Shown here piece after piece: positions 29,142 to 37,693 of a stretch of DNA of 64,000 nt. Made by a program: the position numbers and the translations under genes. The notes below the pieces were generated by a model, which saw nothing but the letters and a program-made list of their open reading frames with translations, made no database searches and had not been told where the DNA came from. Position 1 is the first letter of the stretch. Each line of letters begins with the position of its first letter. The stretch comes from Candidatus Spechtbacterales bacterium (GTDB taxonomy: Bacteria > Patescibacteriota > Minisyncoccia > Spechtbacterales > 2-12-FULL-38-22): positions 1,122 through 65,121 of the forward strand of contig JBBDKX010000035.1 in assembly GCA_040879145.1 (NCBI GenBank), in the 5' to 3' direction.

Positions 29142-30569
29142 ATGCGCTACAAAACACGAAGAAATTTATTTATACTTTTTACCCTGCTGTTTTTTGTAAG
29201 TATAGTCCCTGTTATTTTATACACACAAGGATATCGTCTCGATACTCAAAAACTAACCCTGACAAAAACAGGCGGTCTTGATTTAAATGTTATAAATTCA
29301 GGTTCGGAAGTATATTTAAACGGCAAGTTCCAAAGAGAAACAAATTTTATTTTTAGAAATGCCGTATTTAGAAACATACTTCCTGGAGATTACAATATAG
29401 AAATAAAAAAGGATGGATACCATGCATGGCAAAAAACAGAAGCAGTCAAAGAAGGACAAGTAACCAAATTCACCACAATACGCCTTTTTCCTGTTGAACT
29501 GACAGGGGGAATATTGATGAAAGACGTCCAAAATATATTTATATCCCCAAATGAAAAATATTCAATAATCCAAACTCCATCCCCTGCAACTACGGAGGGA
29601 GAAACAACAAGCCAGCTTACATACTATGACTTAAATGTAAGACTGCCCATACCTTTACTTACGATACAATCCGATGAAGTAATACGAAGCGTTAAGTGGT
29701 CTCCTTCCGGAATATTTTCAATTTTAATAGACGATAATATAAATTCCACACTATATACAGGAGCCGGAGCTGAGGGAGAAGTAGGTCTCGTAAACTGGAG
29801 TGTGTTTTTAAGAAGGAGTTATCCCACAGCTTTTAATGAAGATGCTATAGTACTACCCGACAATTCCAGGGACGTAATATACGTAATGACACTTGAAGAG
29901 GATGACACATATTCCCTAAACAGGGTGGAGTTAACCCAGGGTATAATACGTCCGGATATAGTAACCGGTATATTGGGATTTACCATAGCAGACGAGAATA
30001 TGTTTTACCTGGATGAACTCGGGTCTTTAAAAAGAACAAACATATCCGGTAGAGACACTGTGGAAATCACGCCAACCGCGATATCAAATCCCCGAAAAGA
30101 TTTGACCAAAATAATTGTACGCGGAGACAGGCGCGCCATTGCTGTAATAAACAGTGGAGCTTTGTTTATTTGGCAGGAAGACCAACCACTGGAAAAAGCG
30201 GATGACGGAGTGATAAACGCCTCTTTCTCTCCCGACAATAATAAAATACTCTATACAAAAAAAGATGAAGCGGCTATTTACTGGACTGAAGATGTTTTTG
30301 GACCGCCAAAACATCTTATCGGAGACATAGAAAGAGTACCATTTGAAAACATAAATAATGCCGCGTGGGTAGGATACGAGTCAAATCATATTGTCTTACA
30401 ATCACCCACCAGTATTATGTTTACGGAATTAGATGAAAGAGGCGGCAGAAATACAGCCGAATACAATGTTTTAACCGAAGAAAGCGGAGTTTTTGCATCC
30501 AATTTAGAACGCCAGGAGGTCTATACCTTGCTTCCGGATAAAAACTTCGTATTTCTTAAATACGAATAG
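29142..30569 (+). CDS. PEGA-domain membrane-anchored protein with beta-propeller-like C-terminus
   Basis: N-terminal TM, YTQGYR, KTGG, PGDYNIEIKKDGYHAW, WSP/FSPD repeats. Confidence 0.8.
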   Translation: MRYKTRRNLFILFTLLFFVSIVPVILYTQGYRLDTQKLTLTKTGGLDLNVINSGSEVYLNGKFQRETNFIFRNAVFRNILPGDYNIEIKKDGYHAWQKTEAVKEGQVTKFTTIRLFPVELTGGILMKDVQNIFISPNEKYSIIQTPSPATTEGETTSQLTYYDLNVRLPIPLLTIQSDEVIRSVKWSPSGIFSILIDDNINSTLYTGAGAEGEVGLVNWSVFLRRSYPTAFNEDAIVLPDNSRDVIYVMTLEEDDTYSLNRVELTQGIIRPDIVTGILGFTIADENMFYLDELGSLKRTNISGRDTVEITPTAISNPRKDLTKIIVRGDRRAIAVINSGALFIWQEDQPLEKADDGVINASFSPDNNKILYTKKDEAAIYWTEDVFGPPKHLIGDIERVPFENINNAAWVGYESNHIVLQSPTSIMFTELDERGGRNTAEYNVLTEESGVFASNLERQEVYTLLPDKNFVFLKYE

Positions 30570-30581
30570 GAAAGAATACCT

Positions 30582-30643
30582 TTTACGCGTGAACAAACTA
30601 AAAGCTCCGGATGTTCGGAGCTTTTAGTTTGTTCACGCGTAAA
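30582..30643. terminator. Long (~29-bp arm) palindrome between convergent genes
   Basis: tttacgcgtgaacaaactaaaagctccgga-tg-ttcggagcttttagtttgttcacgcgtaaa. Confidence 0.75.
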
Positions 30644-30650
30644 TACAAAC

Positions 30651-30743
30651 CTACTTTTTCTTTCGGTGTCTCATTCGCCTGCGCATCTTCTTTCTTTTGC
30701 GCCTTTTAACAGATTTTCTTTTGTTTTTTAACTTAGTACCCAT
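30651..30743 (-). CDS. 30-aa highly basic protein, bS22/mS38 (AURKAIP1/COX24)-like ribosomal protein candidate
   Basis: Manual translation MGTKLKNKRKSVKRRKRKKMRRRMRHRKKK; last gene after rpsI; below the ORF-track cutoff. Confidence 0.65.
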   Translation of the reverse strand: MGTKLKNKRKSVKRRKRKKMRRRMRHRKKK

Positions 30744-30752
30744 GATATTTTA

Positions 30753-30894
30753 TTCACTTTGTTCATAAAAAGTATAGAGTATGCAGTATACAATATACAG
30801 GAGTGCTTTGTAATTAGCTTTGCTGAATACTCTATACTATATACTCTATACTTGAACGAGCGCGAAGCGTGAGTTTTAAGCTCGCTTCGCGAGT
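30753..30894. mobile_element. Junction element, AGTATAC family copy 1
   Basis: 7-mer inverted arrays around core gtgcttt.taattagctttgct; near-identical copies at 35634, 47767 and 59253. Confidence 0.8.
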
Positions 30895-31392
30895 TTATCG
30901 CTTGCTCCACTGTGGAGCTTTGCGAGCTTTTTTAAGTCCGTATTTCTTTCTTTCCTTTTCTCTCGGATCTCTCTTGAGAAATCCGGATTTTTTAAGGCGA
31001 AGTCTCATTTCTGCGTCATATTTTACAACCGCACGCGCAAGTCCGTGCCGTATCGCCTCTGCTTGTCCCCTGGAGCCTCCCCCATTAACAATTACGGACA
31101 CTTCAAACTTCTCAAGCATCTTAAGTTTGCGCAAGGGTCCGTTAGCTGCTGTAATCAAATCTTCTGTAGGAAGATATTTTGTATGGTCTTCACCGTTTAT
31201 GGTAAATTTGCCGGAACCATTGTCCCAAATACGCACACGGGCAACAGAAGATTTCCTTCTTCCCACTCCCTCAAAATACTTACCTTCTTTTTTTACGGTC
31301 TTTTTAGCTTTTGCCGGAACTGCCTTCTTTGCAGTTGTTTTCTTGGCCTTAGCCGGAGTTTTTTTCTTTGCGGTTGTTTTAGTTTCTGCCAT
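30895..31392 (-). CDS. rpsI: 30S ribosomal protein S9 with Ala/Lys-rich N-terminal extension
   Basis: GRRKSSVARV, GGGSRGQAEAIRHG, RKKYGLKKARKAPQWSKR. Confidence 0.97.
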   Translation of the reverse strand: MAETKTTAKKKTPAKAKKTTAKKAVPAKAKKTVKKEGKYFEGVGRRKSSVARVRIWDNGSGKFTINGEDHTKYLPTEDLITAANGPLRKLKMLEKFEVSVIVNGGGSRGQAEAIRHGLARAVVKYDAEMRLRLKKSGFLKRDPREKERKKYGLKKARKAPQWSKR

Positions 31393-31396
31393 TTTT

Positions 31397-31792
31397 TTAT
31401 TTTTCAACTATTAATCTCTTCATTCTGCCTTTTCTTAGGCGGTTGTCAGGCAACATTCTCTCAACGGCTTTTCTTATAACCCATGTAGGGTCCTTTTCGA
31501 ACATCTCCTCATATGTCTTGCCATAAATTCCGCCTGGATACCCTGAATAATGCCAGTAGATCTTGTCGGTCTTTTTCTTTCCTGTCACCTTGACCTTCTT
31601 GGCATTAACAACTTTGACGACGGTATCATCATCCATATTAGGCTTATAAGCAGGGCTGTGTTTTCCCTGCAAATATACAGCTATTTCCGTAGAAAGGCGT
31701 CCCAAAATCTGCCCCTTGGCATCCAGTTCAATAACCTCTTTCTTGCTTTCTGTTTTTTTTGAGGTTTTAGTTGTTATTTTCTTTTTACTCAT
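31397..31792 (-). CDS. rplM: 50S ribosomal protein L13
   Basis: DAKGQILGRLST, GKHSPAY, HYSGYPGG, AVERMLP. Confidence 0.95.
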   Translation of the reverse strand: MSKKKITTKTSKKTESKKEVIELDAKGQILGRLSTEIAVYLQGKHSPAYKPNMDDDTVVKVVNAKKVKVTGKKKTDKIYWHYSGYPGGIYGKTYEEMFEKDPTWVIRKAVERMLPDNRLRKGRMKRLIVEK

Positions 31793-31799
31793 ATTTTTG

Positions 31800-31890
31800 A
31801 TTACACTATTTGATTGCACTGATGATAACTGATATCACTGATGATTTTTATCTGCTATCTGCGAAATCAGCTATTATCAGTGAAATCTGA
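31800..31890. repeat. Inverted 9-mer array at the rplQ-rplM junction
   Basis: cactgatga taactgata tcactgatg ... atctgc/atcagc/atcagt; same family as 21553-21630. Confidence 0.75.
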
Positions 31891-31894
31891 AGCC

Positions 31895-32245
31895 TTACTC
31901 AACAAATTCAATAATTGCCCTTTTAGCAGCATCTCCCCTACGCACTCCCCTTTTTACTATTCTTGTATAGCCACCGGGTCTCTCTTTAAAGCGCGGCCCT
32001 ATCTCTTTTAGTAACTTCTCAACGATCTCTCCTGTAAATTCACGGTTCAACATTCTGCGTACATGCAGAGAATCATTACCGCTCTTTGTAACCAACTTTT
32101 CAATAAAAGGGCGAAGTTCTTTTGCTTTAGCCTCTGTAGTTTCTATTCTTTCATTTTTAACCAAAGCCTCCGCAAGAGAGCGAATTAACGCTTCGCGCTG
32201 GTCTTTCTTTCTATGAAATTTTCGTCCTTTTACAGATTTTTTCAT
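31895..32245 (-). CDS. rplQ: 50S ribosomal protein L17
   Basis: IETTEAKAKELR, RPGGYTRI, RRGDAA. Confidence 0.96.
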   Translation of the reverse strand: MKKSVKGRKFHRKKDQREALIRSLAEALVKNERIETTEAKAKELRPFIEKLVTKSGNDSLHVRRMLNREFTGEIVEKLLKEIGPRFKERPGGYTRIVKRGVRRGDAAKRAIIEFVE

Positions 32246-32253
32246 ATTTAAAA

Positions 32254-33048
32254 TTATTTCTTCTTCTTAGCTGCAGGCTTCTTCTTTGCAGTTGTTTTCT
32301 TGGTGGCTGTCTTCTTGGCTGTAGCTTTTTTCTTTGTTGCAACTTTCTTCTTTTTCTTGCCCTGTAGTTCCTGTAAAACGTTGAAGTGATTAACAAGAAC
32401 ACCTACTGCGTGCTCAAACGCGTCCTCAGGATCAATTGTTCCATCAGTTACAATTTCAAGTACCAACTTATGATAGTCGGTCCTATCTCCAACTCGCATG
32501 TTTTCCACTTCAAAATTAACCTTTTTAACGGGAGTGAATACCGAGTCAAGACTAATTACTCCTATCTCTTTCTTCTCTTCATCTTCTTGATTTTGAACAT
32601 AGCCTAAACCGGACTCTACTTTTAACTCCATCTCAAAAGTTGTTTTTGGCGAAGTTATGCTCGCTATATGTAAATCTTTGTTTATTATTTCAACCTGGGA
32701 GGGTGTTTCAATATCTCCCGCCTTTATATCCTTTGGACCTTTCACTTTCAATTTAAGAGTCCTGGGCTCTGAACCATGAAGTTTTAATCTTATCTGCTTA
32801 AGATTAAGACTTAGTTCAATTCCGTCTTCAAGTACGCCGTCTATTGTTGAAAATTCGTGTGGAACTCCCGCTATTTTTACTGATGTTATAGCAGCTCCCG
32901 GCAAAGATGCGTACAACGCGCGTCTTAAGGCATTTCCTATTGTAGATCCAAATCCAGGATAAAGCTCGCTAATCTCAATAACGGCTCTGCTGTCGCTCTT
33001 TTCTACAACTTTAGGTTTTTTGGGCAATGATAGTGAAACTGATTCCAT
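32254..33048 (-). CDS. rpoA: RNA polymerase alpha subunit lacking alpha-CTD, with Lys/Ala/Thr-rich tail
   Basis: GFGSTIGNALRR, HEFSTIDGV, RVGDRTDYHKL, TDGTIDP; ends KKKKKVATKKKATAKK... Confidence 0.95.
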   Translation of the reverse strand: MESVSLSLPKKPKVVEKSDSRAVIEISELYPGFGSTIGNALRRALYASLPGAAITSVKIAGVPHEFSTIDGVLEDGIELSLNLKQIRLKLHGSEPRTLKLKVKGPKDIKAGDIETPSQVEIINKDLHIASITSPKTTFEMELKVESGLGYVQNQEDEEKKEIGVISLDSVFTPVKKVNFEVENMRVGDRTDYHKLVLEIVTDGTIDPEDAFEHAVGVLVNHFNVLQELQGKKKKKVATKKKATAKKTATKKTTAKKKPAAKKKK

Positions 33049-33059
33049 ATTTTTTATTT

Positions 33060-33213
33060 CCTACCTGCGTCGCATTTTGCAACACGGCAGGCAGGCGCTT
33101 CGCTCACATAACCGCTGATATATGCTAATTTTGCGGATTTTATGCAGATAGTATCCGCATTAATCTGCTTTAATCCGTATTAATCCGCGGTTTAAGCGAA
33201 GCGTTAGTGAGCT
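33060..33213. repeat. Composite junction element (9-mer AATCCG array plus CCTRCCTG hairpin) between rpsD and rpoA
   Basis: cgcttcgctcac ... gcggat/gcagat versus atccgc/atctgc/atccgt ... aagcgaagcgttagtgagc. Confidence 0.75.
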
Positions 33214-33219
33214 TAATTA

Positions 33220-33711
33220 TTATCGTGAATAAAACTCTATAACTGTTTGAAAATTAAACGGCTGTATTTGTTCTTTAATATCAGGTAAAGATTTTACCTT
33301 TAACTCCTTTTTCTTTTTATCTAAAACCAACCATGATGGAGGATTGAGGTTCTTTACTCTTATCTCGTAATCGGCAAATATTCCCTTTACAGCGCTTGTT
33401 TCTTTGACTGTTATAATATCGCCAGGGCGCACCTGATAAGATGCTATGGTAACCTTCTTTCCGTTTACTTGCATATGCCCATGGCTTATAAGCTGCCTTG
33501 CCATCCGCCGTGTTGGCGTGAATCCTCCCGCAAAAACAATGCTATCCAGACGAAATTCAAGTAAAGAAAAGATATTTTCGGGCTTTTGTCCCTTATCAAA
33601 ATACCGCCTGAATTGCTTTTCGCGCAACCCATACTCTTCGCGGATTTTCTGTTTTTCCGCAAGCTGTAAACCGTACTCTGATTTTTGTCTTGGTCTTCCT
33701 CCTTTTGCCAT
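33220..33711 (-). CDS. rpsD: 30S ribosomal protein S4 (N-terminally shortened)
   Basis: SEYGLQLAEKQK, LEFRLD, ARQLISHGH, IEFYSR. Confidence 0.96.
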   Translation of the reverse strand: MAKGGRPRQKSEYGLQLAEKQKIREEYGLREKQFRRYFDKGQKPENIFSLLEFRLDSIVFAGGFTPTRRMARQLISHGHMQVNGKKVTIASYQVRPGDIITVKETSAVKGIFADYEIRVKNLNPPSWLVLDKKKKELKVKSLPDIKEQIQPFNFQTVIEFYSR

Positions 33712-33723
33712 AATAATTATTTG

Positions 33724-33874
33724 TGGCTAAGCCCTTTGGGCCGCCATCCCGGCCGTTAGGCCTAGGGACTTCACTCACAAATTTAGGATTTAGGAATTAG
33801 GAGATAGGAGTTAGCTTTTTTTACGTTTTCTAATTCCTATTTCCTAAGCCCTAATTCCTGCGAGCTTTAGTGAG
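33724..33874. repeat. Composite junction element (7-mer TTAGGA array) between rpsK and rpsD
   Basis: tttaggatttaggaattaggagatagg ... ctaattcctatttcctaagccctaattcct gcgagctttagtgag. Confidence 0.8.
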
Positions 33875-34312
33875 TTATACTCTTCTTCTTTTAGCCGGCC
33901 TGCATCCATTGTGGGGCAGTGGCGTAACATCTTTAATTGCAGTAACATTCAACCCTTTGCCCGTTAAAGCTCTGACAGAAGAATCTCTGCCGGCCCCTAT
34001 CCCTGTAACATAGATATGCACCTCTTTCATGTCAACATTTTCCAATTTACTTAAAAGTATGTCTACAACCTGTGTCGCGGCATACGGAGTAGCCTTTCTC
34101 GGTCCCTTAAAGCCCGCGGCACCCGCAGTTGACCACGCCAAAACATTGCCGTCCTGGTCTGAAGCGGTAAGCATTGTATTGTTGTAACTTGCGCGCACAT
34201 AAATATTCCCTCGTTCAACTATACGAGCTTTCTTTTTATTCTTGGCTTTCTGAGCGTCCGTTTTGGATGCCTGATCGCCTGCTTCAACTATTGCTACACG
34301 TTTTTTACCCAT
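33875..34312 (-). CDS. rpsK: 30S ribosomal protein S11
   Basis: ASYNNT, GFKGPRKATPYAA, DVTPLPHNGCRP. Confidence 0.97.
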   Translation of the reverse strand: MGKKRVAIVEAGDQASKTDAQKAKNKKKARIVERGNIYVRASYNNTMLTASDQDGNVLAWSTAGAAGFKGPRKATPYAATQVVDILLSKLENVDMKEVHIYVTGIGAGRDSSVRALTGKGLNVTAIKDVTPLPHNGCRPAKRRRV

Positions 34313-34320
34313 AATTTTTT

Positions 34321-34613
34321 GTCCCGATACCGCCCGAATCTTTGATTCGCCTGCCTGCCGGTTTACATGCCGATTGGCATGCAGGCAGGCTCACAAAAAG
34401 TGAACAGTAAGCAGTGAACAATTAACAACAGGGCTCCGTTTTTTCTTTTCTACTGTTTCCTGTTCACTGTTTACTGTTATCTGCGAGCTTTAGTTTTTTT
34501 ACGTTTTCTAATTCCTAATTTCTAATTCCTAATTCCTGCGAGCCTGTCTGCGTGCGTTCACCTGTCTGCCGTGCTTGCGGCACAGGTAGACGCACAGGCA
34601 GGCGTTAGTGAGC
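34321..34613. repeat. Multiply nested junction element between rpsM and rpsK
   Basis: 7-mer AACAGT array, half copy of the 33810-33865 element, two CCTG(C/T)CTG hairpins. Confidence 0.8.
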
Positions 34614-34615
34614 TA

Positions 34616-35005
34616 TTAAGTTGCGGATGGGGGCGGTTTTCTTCCCGATCCCACTGTGGTTCTTTTATTTCCGCGAACTGTCCTGGAATTAACACGCGTC
34701 CTCTGTCCACGGACGGGAAGTCCTTTCTGGTGTCTTGAACCCCTGTATGTACCTATATCTTTAAGACGCTTTACGTTCTCACGAACATCTCTCCTTAAAT
34801 CACCTTCTATCAAATGTCCTTCAGATATGGCGTTCCTAAGTTGGTTAAGCTGATCGCCTGTAAGATCCTTTATTCTTATGTTTTCGTCTATGCCTGCATC
34901 CTTAAGTATCTTGCGACTCAAAGTACGCCCTATGCCATGCACATAAGTAAGGGCAATAACTACTCTTTTATTGTCCGGAATCTCAACTCCTGCTATTCTT
35001 GCCAT
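34616..35005 (-). CDS. rpsM: 30S ribosomal protein S13
   Basis: [28 protein letters not shown]. Confidence 0.97.
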   Translation of the reverse strand: MARIAGVEIPDNKRVVIALTYVHGIGRTLSRKILKDAGIDENIRIKDLTGDQLNQLRNAISEGHLIEGDLRRDVRENVKRLKDIGTYRGSRHQKGLPVRGQRTRVNSRTVRGNKRTTVGSGRKPPPSAT

Positions 35006-35012
35006 AATGATT

Positions 35013-35129
35013 TTATCCTTGCCTTTGTTTATGCTTCGGATTTGTTTTGCATATCACATAAACACGGCCCTTCCTACGAACAACCTTGCATTGATTGCAT
35101 ATTTTTTTTACCGAAGCTCTAACTTTCAT
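35013..35129 (-). CDS. rpmJ: 50S ribosomal protein L36 (Zn-binding form)
   Basis: Manual translation [38 protein letters not shown]. Confidence 0.97.
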   Translation of the reverse strand: MKVRASVKKICNQCKVVRRKGRVYVICKTNPKHKQRQG

Positions 35130-35141
35130 AATTTAGGTCCT

Positions 35142-35363
35142 TTATTTAAAACGATAAACAATTCTACCTCTGCTTTCACCCTCGGAAGGTATTTCTATTT
35201 TAACCCTGTCACCGACCAAAATACGTATCCTGTGTATTCTCATTTTCCCGGATACATATGATAGTACTTCACGCCCGTCCTCCAGCTCTACACGAAACAG
35301 GGTGTTTGGGAATGCTTCTAAAACAACCCCTTCTATACTTTCTATATTATTGTTTTGTGCCAT
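35142..35363 (-). CDS. infA: Translation initiation factor IF-1
   Basis: EGVVLEAFPNTLFRVEL, SGKMR, RILVGDRV, GRIVYR. Confidence 0.96.
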   Translation of the reverse strand: MAQNNNIESIEGVVLEAFPNTLFRVELEDGREVLSYVSGKMRIHRIRILVGDRVKIEIPSEGESRGRIVYRFK

Positions 35364-35437
35364 AAAGTGACTATGTTGAACTCAAATCTATTAAACTCAG
35401 ACCTCTACAATGATAACAAAATAAAAAAAATAGGTCA

Positions 35438-35514
35438 ACCCCCACACCAATTTATGGGATTTCTTAGCTACTATAATGAAATTATTGACGGTATAACAAA
35501 TTGGTAGTGGGGGT
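35438..35514. repeat. ACCCC(C)ACACCAATTT...AAATTGGTAGTGGGG palindromic element
   Basis: Terminal inverted repeat; related element at 37616-37656. Confidence 0.6.
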
Positions 35515-35533
35515 CAACCCCTATTTTTAATAG

Positions 35534-35738
35534 GTCCCTAGGCCTTTGGCTGGTGGCTAGGCGTAAAGCCGCCATCCCGGCTCTGCCTAGGGAGATCCCG
35601 GCCCGCCCGCGCGGGTCTAGGGACTTCGCTTCACGAAAAGTACAAAGTATACAGTATTTGATATGCAGGGGTGCTTTATAATTAGCTTTGCTTAATACTA
35701 TATACTGCATACTGTATACTTGAACGAGCGAAGCGAGC
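35534..35738. mobile_element. Junction element, AGTATAC family copy 2, with GC-rich gccgccatcccggc...ctagggac module
   Basis: Shares core with 30768, 47770 and 59256, and its left module with 33739-33772. Confidence 0.8.
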
Positions 35739-37562
35739 TTAATATTCCACCTCTATTTTCACCTTTTTTGGATTATCGGGCACACTTTTTACCCAAAATG
35801 GCCAAAACATGACCTGTGCCCTGCGCAGTGATTCATTTGCTGAAAGGATTCTCCTGACCTCTGCCTCATCTTTCCCTATAACATCCTTTAAAATAGCGGA
35901 GGTATCTACTACCATATCAAATCGTTGGTTCGCTTTAAGGTTAAACTCGGCATATCCGGCTTCATAATTTGCCTCTTTTACTGTATATTCCACATCCCTC
36001 TCTTCGGCAAGCTCAAATTCCTTGCTGTACTGTGTAGAATTTATAAAATAATGCGCAATTGAATTGCTTATATCTTCCTCTTTTATAAGAAATGCCTGGG
36101 CCACTCCAACGAATCTCACTGTAAAATCATCCTTTGGCTCACCAACTACAGCATCAATATCTAAAGACTCTACATGCGCGCCAAGAGACTCTTCAAGCAT
36201 TTTAAGATCGTCCGGAACTTTACTCCTGAGGCTTTGTTCAAGAGCTGGTAAAAATTCGTCCTGTATTCTTGCCCTAGCTCCCTCTATGTCCTCTTCTGTC
36301 GGAACAGTAGCCACCCCTTGAAATCCGCCCGTCATTGAATTTTCGCTCTTTCCGTAAAAAGCCAGATATTTTGGATCGCCCTGAAATCCGGGAATAGAGA
36401 AGGTGGTAGGTCCTATATTAAAACTATCTCCTGCCTCATCAGCACGTACATCAACAGAAACAGAACTGGCTATTATCCTTCCTCCTTCTATTTGCGCGCC
36501 CGGAACAACTACGGTTTCGGTTGTTCTAAAAAGTTTATTTTCAGAAGACATAAGTCTTGTGTTTGCAACCAAAGTTTGTGGACTTGAGCTGTACTCATTA
36601 TAAATTGTTACCCCACCGACGGAAAATTCTTCCAATTGCGCCTCACCTGTCGCCTTGTATACAAATGTCTCTTCTTTTCTCTCCTCTAAAATTTGAGCCG
36701 GTATAGTACTTCGATTATAGTCAGCGGAGGAAATATTACTGTCAGCCACCACTGCAAACTCCATTTGGTCTTGCACAACATGCGGACTTAAAACTATTGT
36801 TGCTTTAGGAAGAACACTTGTCGCCAAATACCCCACACCAACCACGACTGCGACAATTCCGACAAAACCCAGTAAATACAAGGGTTTCTTCAAAAAAGCG
36901 GGAAGGGATAGATTTTTCATCTTTCCTGTTGCAAATCTTCCCGCCCTTGCGCCAACAGATGCGCCTGGAAGAGAAAATCCTTTGCTTGATTTTGAAAAAA
37001 CATCCCTTCGTTCCTCTTCCGGGTCGTATCTTTTAACAGGCATATCAGGTTCTGCATCTTCCGTGTCCGTATTTAATGTGTCTTCTTTTTTAGTTTTGGG
37101 CTCCTCAAAAGACCGAGGGGCAAATATACCACCGGTCTTCTCATCTGCCTCAACACTGTCAGACGCAACAATGCCTCCGCTTCTTGTTTTTCTAAGATCT
37201 GTTGTATGTTCAAGATACTCTTGTCTGCTTGTGGGCGGCAATATATCCGTGACAGAGCGGGCATAATGCCCCGAGTGCGTTGTTGTAGAAATATTAGCTT
37301 TATCTTCCACCTCATCTCTAACTTTTAATCCGGCCTTAGCGGCAAGGTTTTGTATTCTTGAATCTTCGGAAATAACAACAACTTCCTTATCAACGTCTTC
37401 GGATGCCCTTTTAATCAGTCTTAAATTCAAAACATTTTGGGCTATAAACGCCTCGCTCGGAATAAGCAAAAACACCAGTCTAGATTCAGACGTTACTACT
37501 TTATCTATAACTGAAGTAAGTTCTTCAGAAGGTCCTACTTTTATCACACTGCCTTTTGTCAT
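35739..37562 (-). CDS. Single-TM protein with baseplate J-like extracytoplasmic domain
   Basis: NLRLIKR N-domain, disordered linker, TM, VLPKATI, GGVTIYN, VRADEAGDSFNI, MTGG, PFWVKSVP. Confidence 0.65.
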   Translation of the reverse strand: MTKGSVIKVGPSEELTSVIDKVVTSESRLVFLLIPSEAFIAQNVLNLRLIKRASEDVDKEVVVISEDSRIQNLAAKAGLKVRDEVEDKANISTTTHSGHYARSVTDILPPTSRQEYLEHTTDLRKTRSGGIVASDSVEADEKTGGIFAPRSFEEPKTKKEDTLNTDTEDAEPDMPVKRYDPEEERRDVFSKSSKGFSLPGASVGARAGRFATGKMKNLSLPAFLKKPLYLLGFVGIVAVVVGVGYLATSVLPKATIVLSPHVVQDQMEFAVVADSNISSADYNRSTIPAQILEERKEETFVYKATGEAQLEEFSVGGVTIYNEYSSSPQTLVANTRLMSSENKLFRTTETVVVPGAQIEGGRIIASSVSVDVRADEAGDSFNIGPTTFSIPGFQGDPKYLAFYGKSENSMTGGFQGVATVPTEEDIEGARARIQDEFLPALEQSLRSKVPDDLKMLEESLGAHVESLDIDAVVGEPKDDFTVRFVGVAQAFLIKEEDISNSIAHYFINSTQYSKEFELAEERDVEYTVKEANYEAGYAEFNLKANQRFDMVVDTSAILKDVIGKDEAEVRRILSANESLRRAQVMFWPFWVKSVPDNPKKVKIEVEY

Positions 37563-37693
37563 GGATGGTTAGTGAATGCGAGCCATGGCGAAGTGTGAAC
37601 TTACAGCCATGAGCACCCCGCACATAAAATTGATAATCAATTTTATGTGCGGGGTGAGTAATTCTAAGCTCGCTACATTCACTAAGAATTACT

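Noticed and set aside
30728-35710. ORFs 30728..30910, 33596..33778 and 35471..35710 (also 21426..21650, 53636..53854, 60194..60520)
   Set aside because: They are read-throughs of repeat elements with periodic low-complexity translations.
35739-37562. Prophage or contractile injection system from the baseplate-J-like gene
   Set aside because: No sheath, tube, capsid or other baseplate genes nearby, and the protein is membrane anchored among housekeeping genes.
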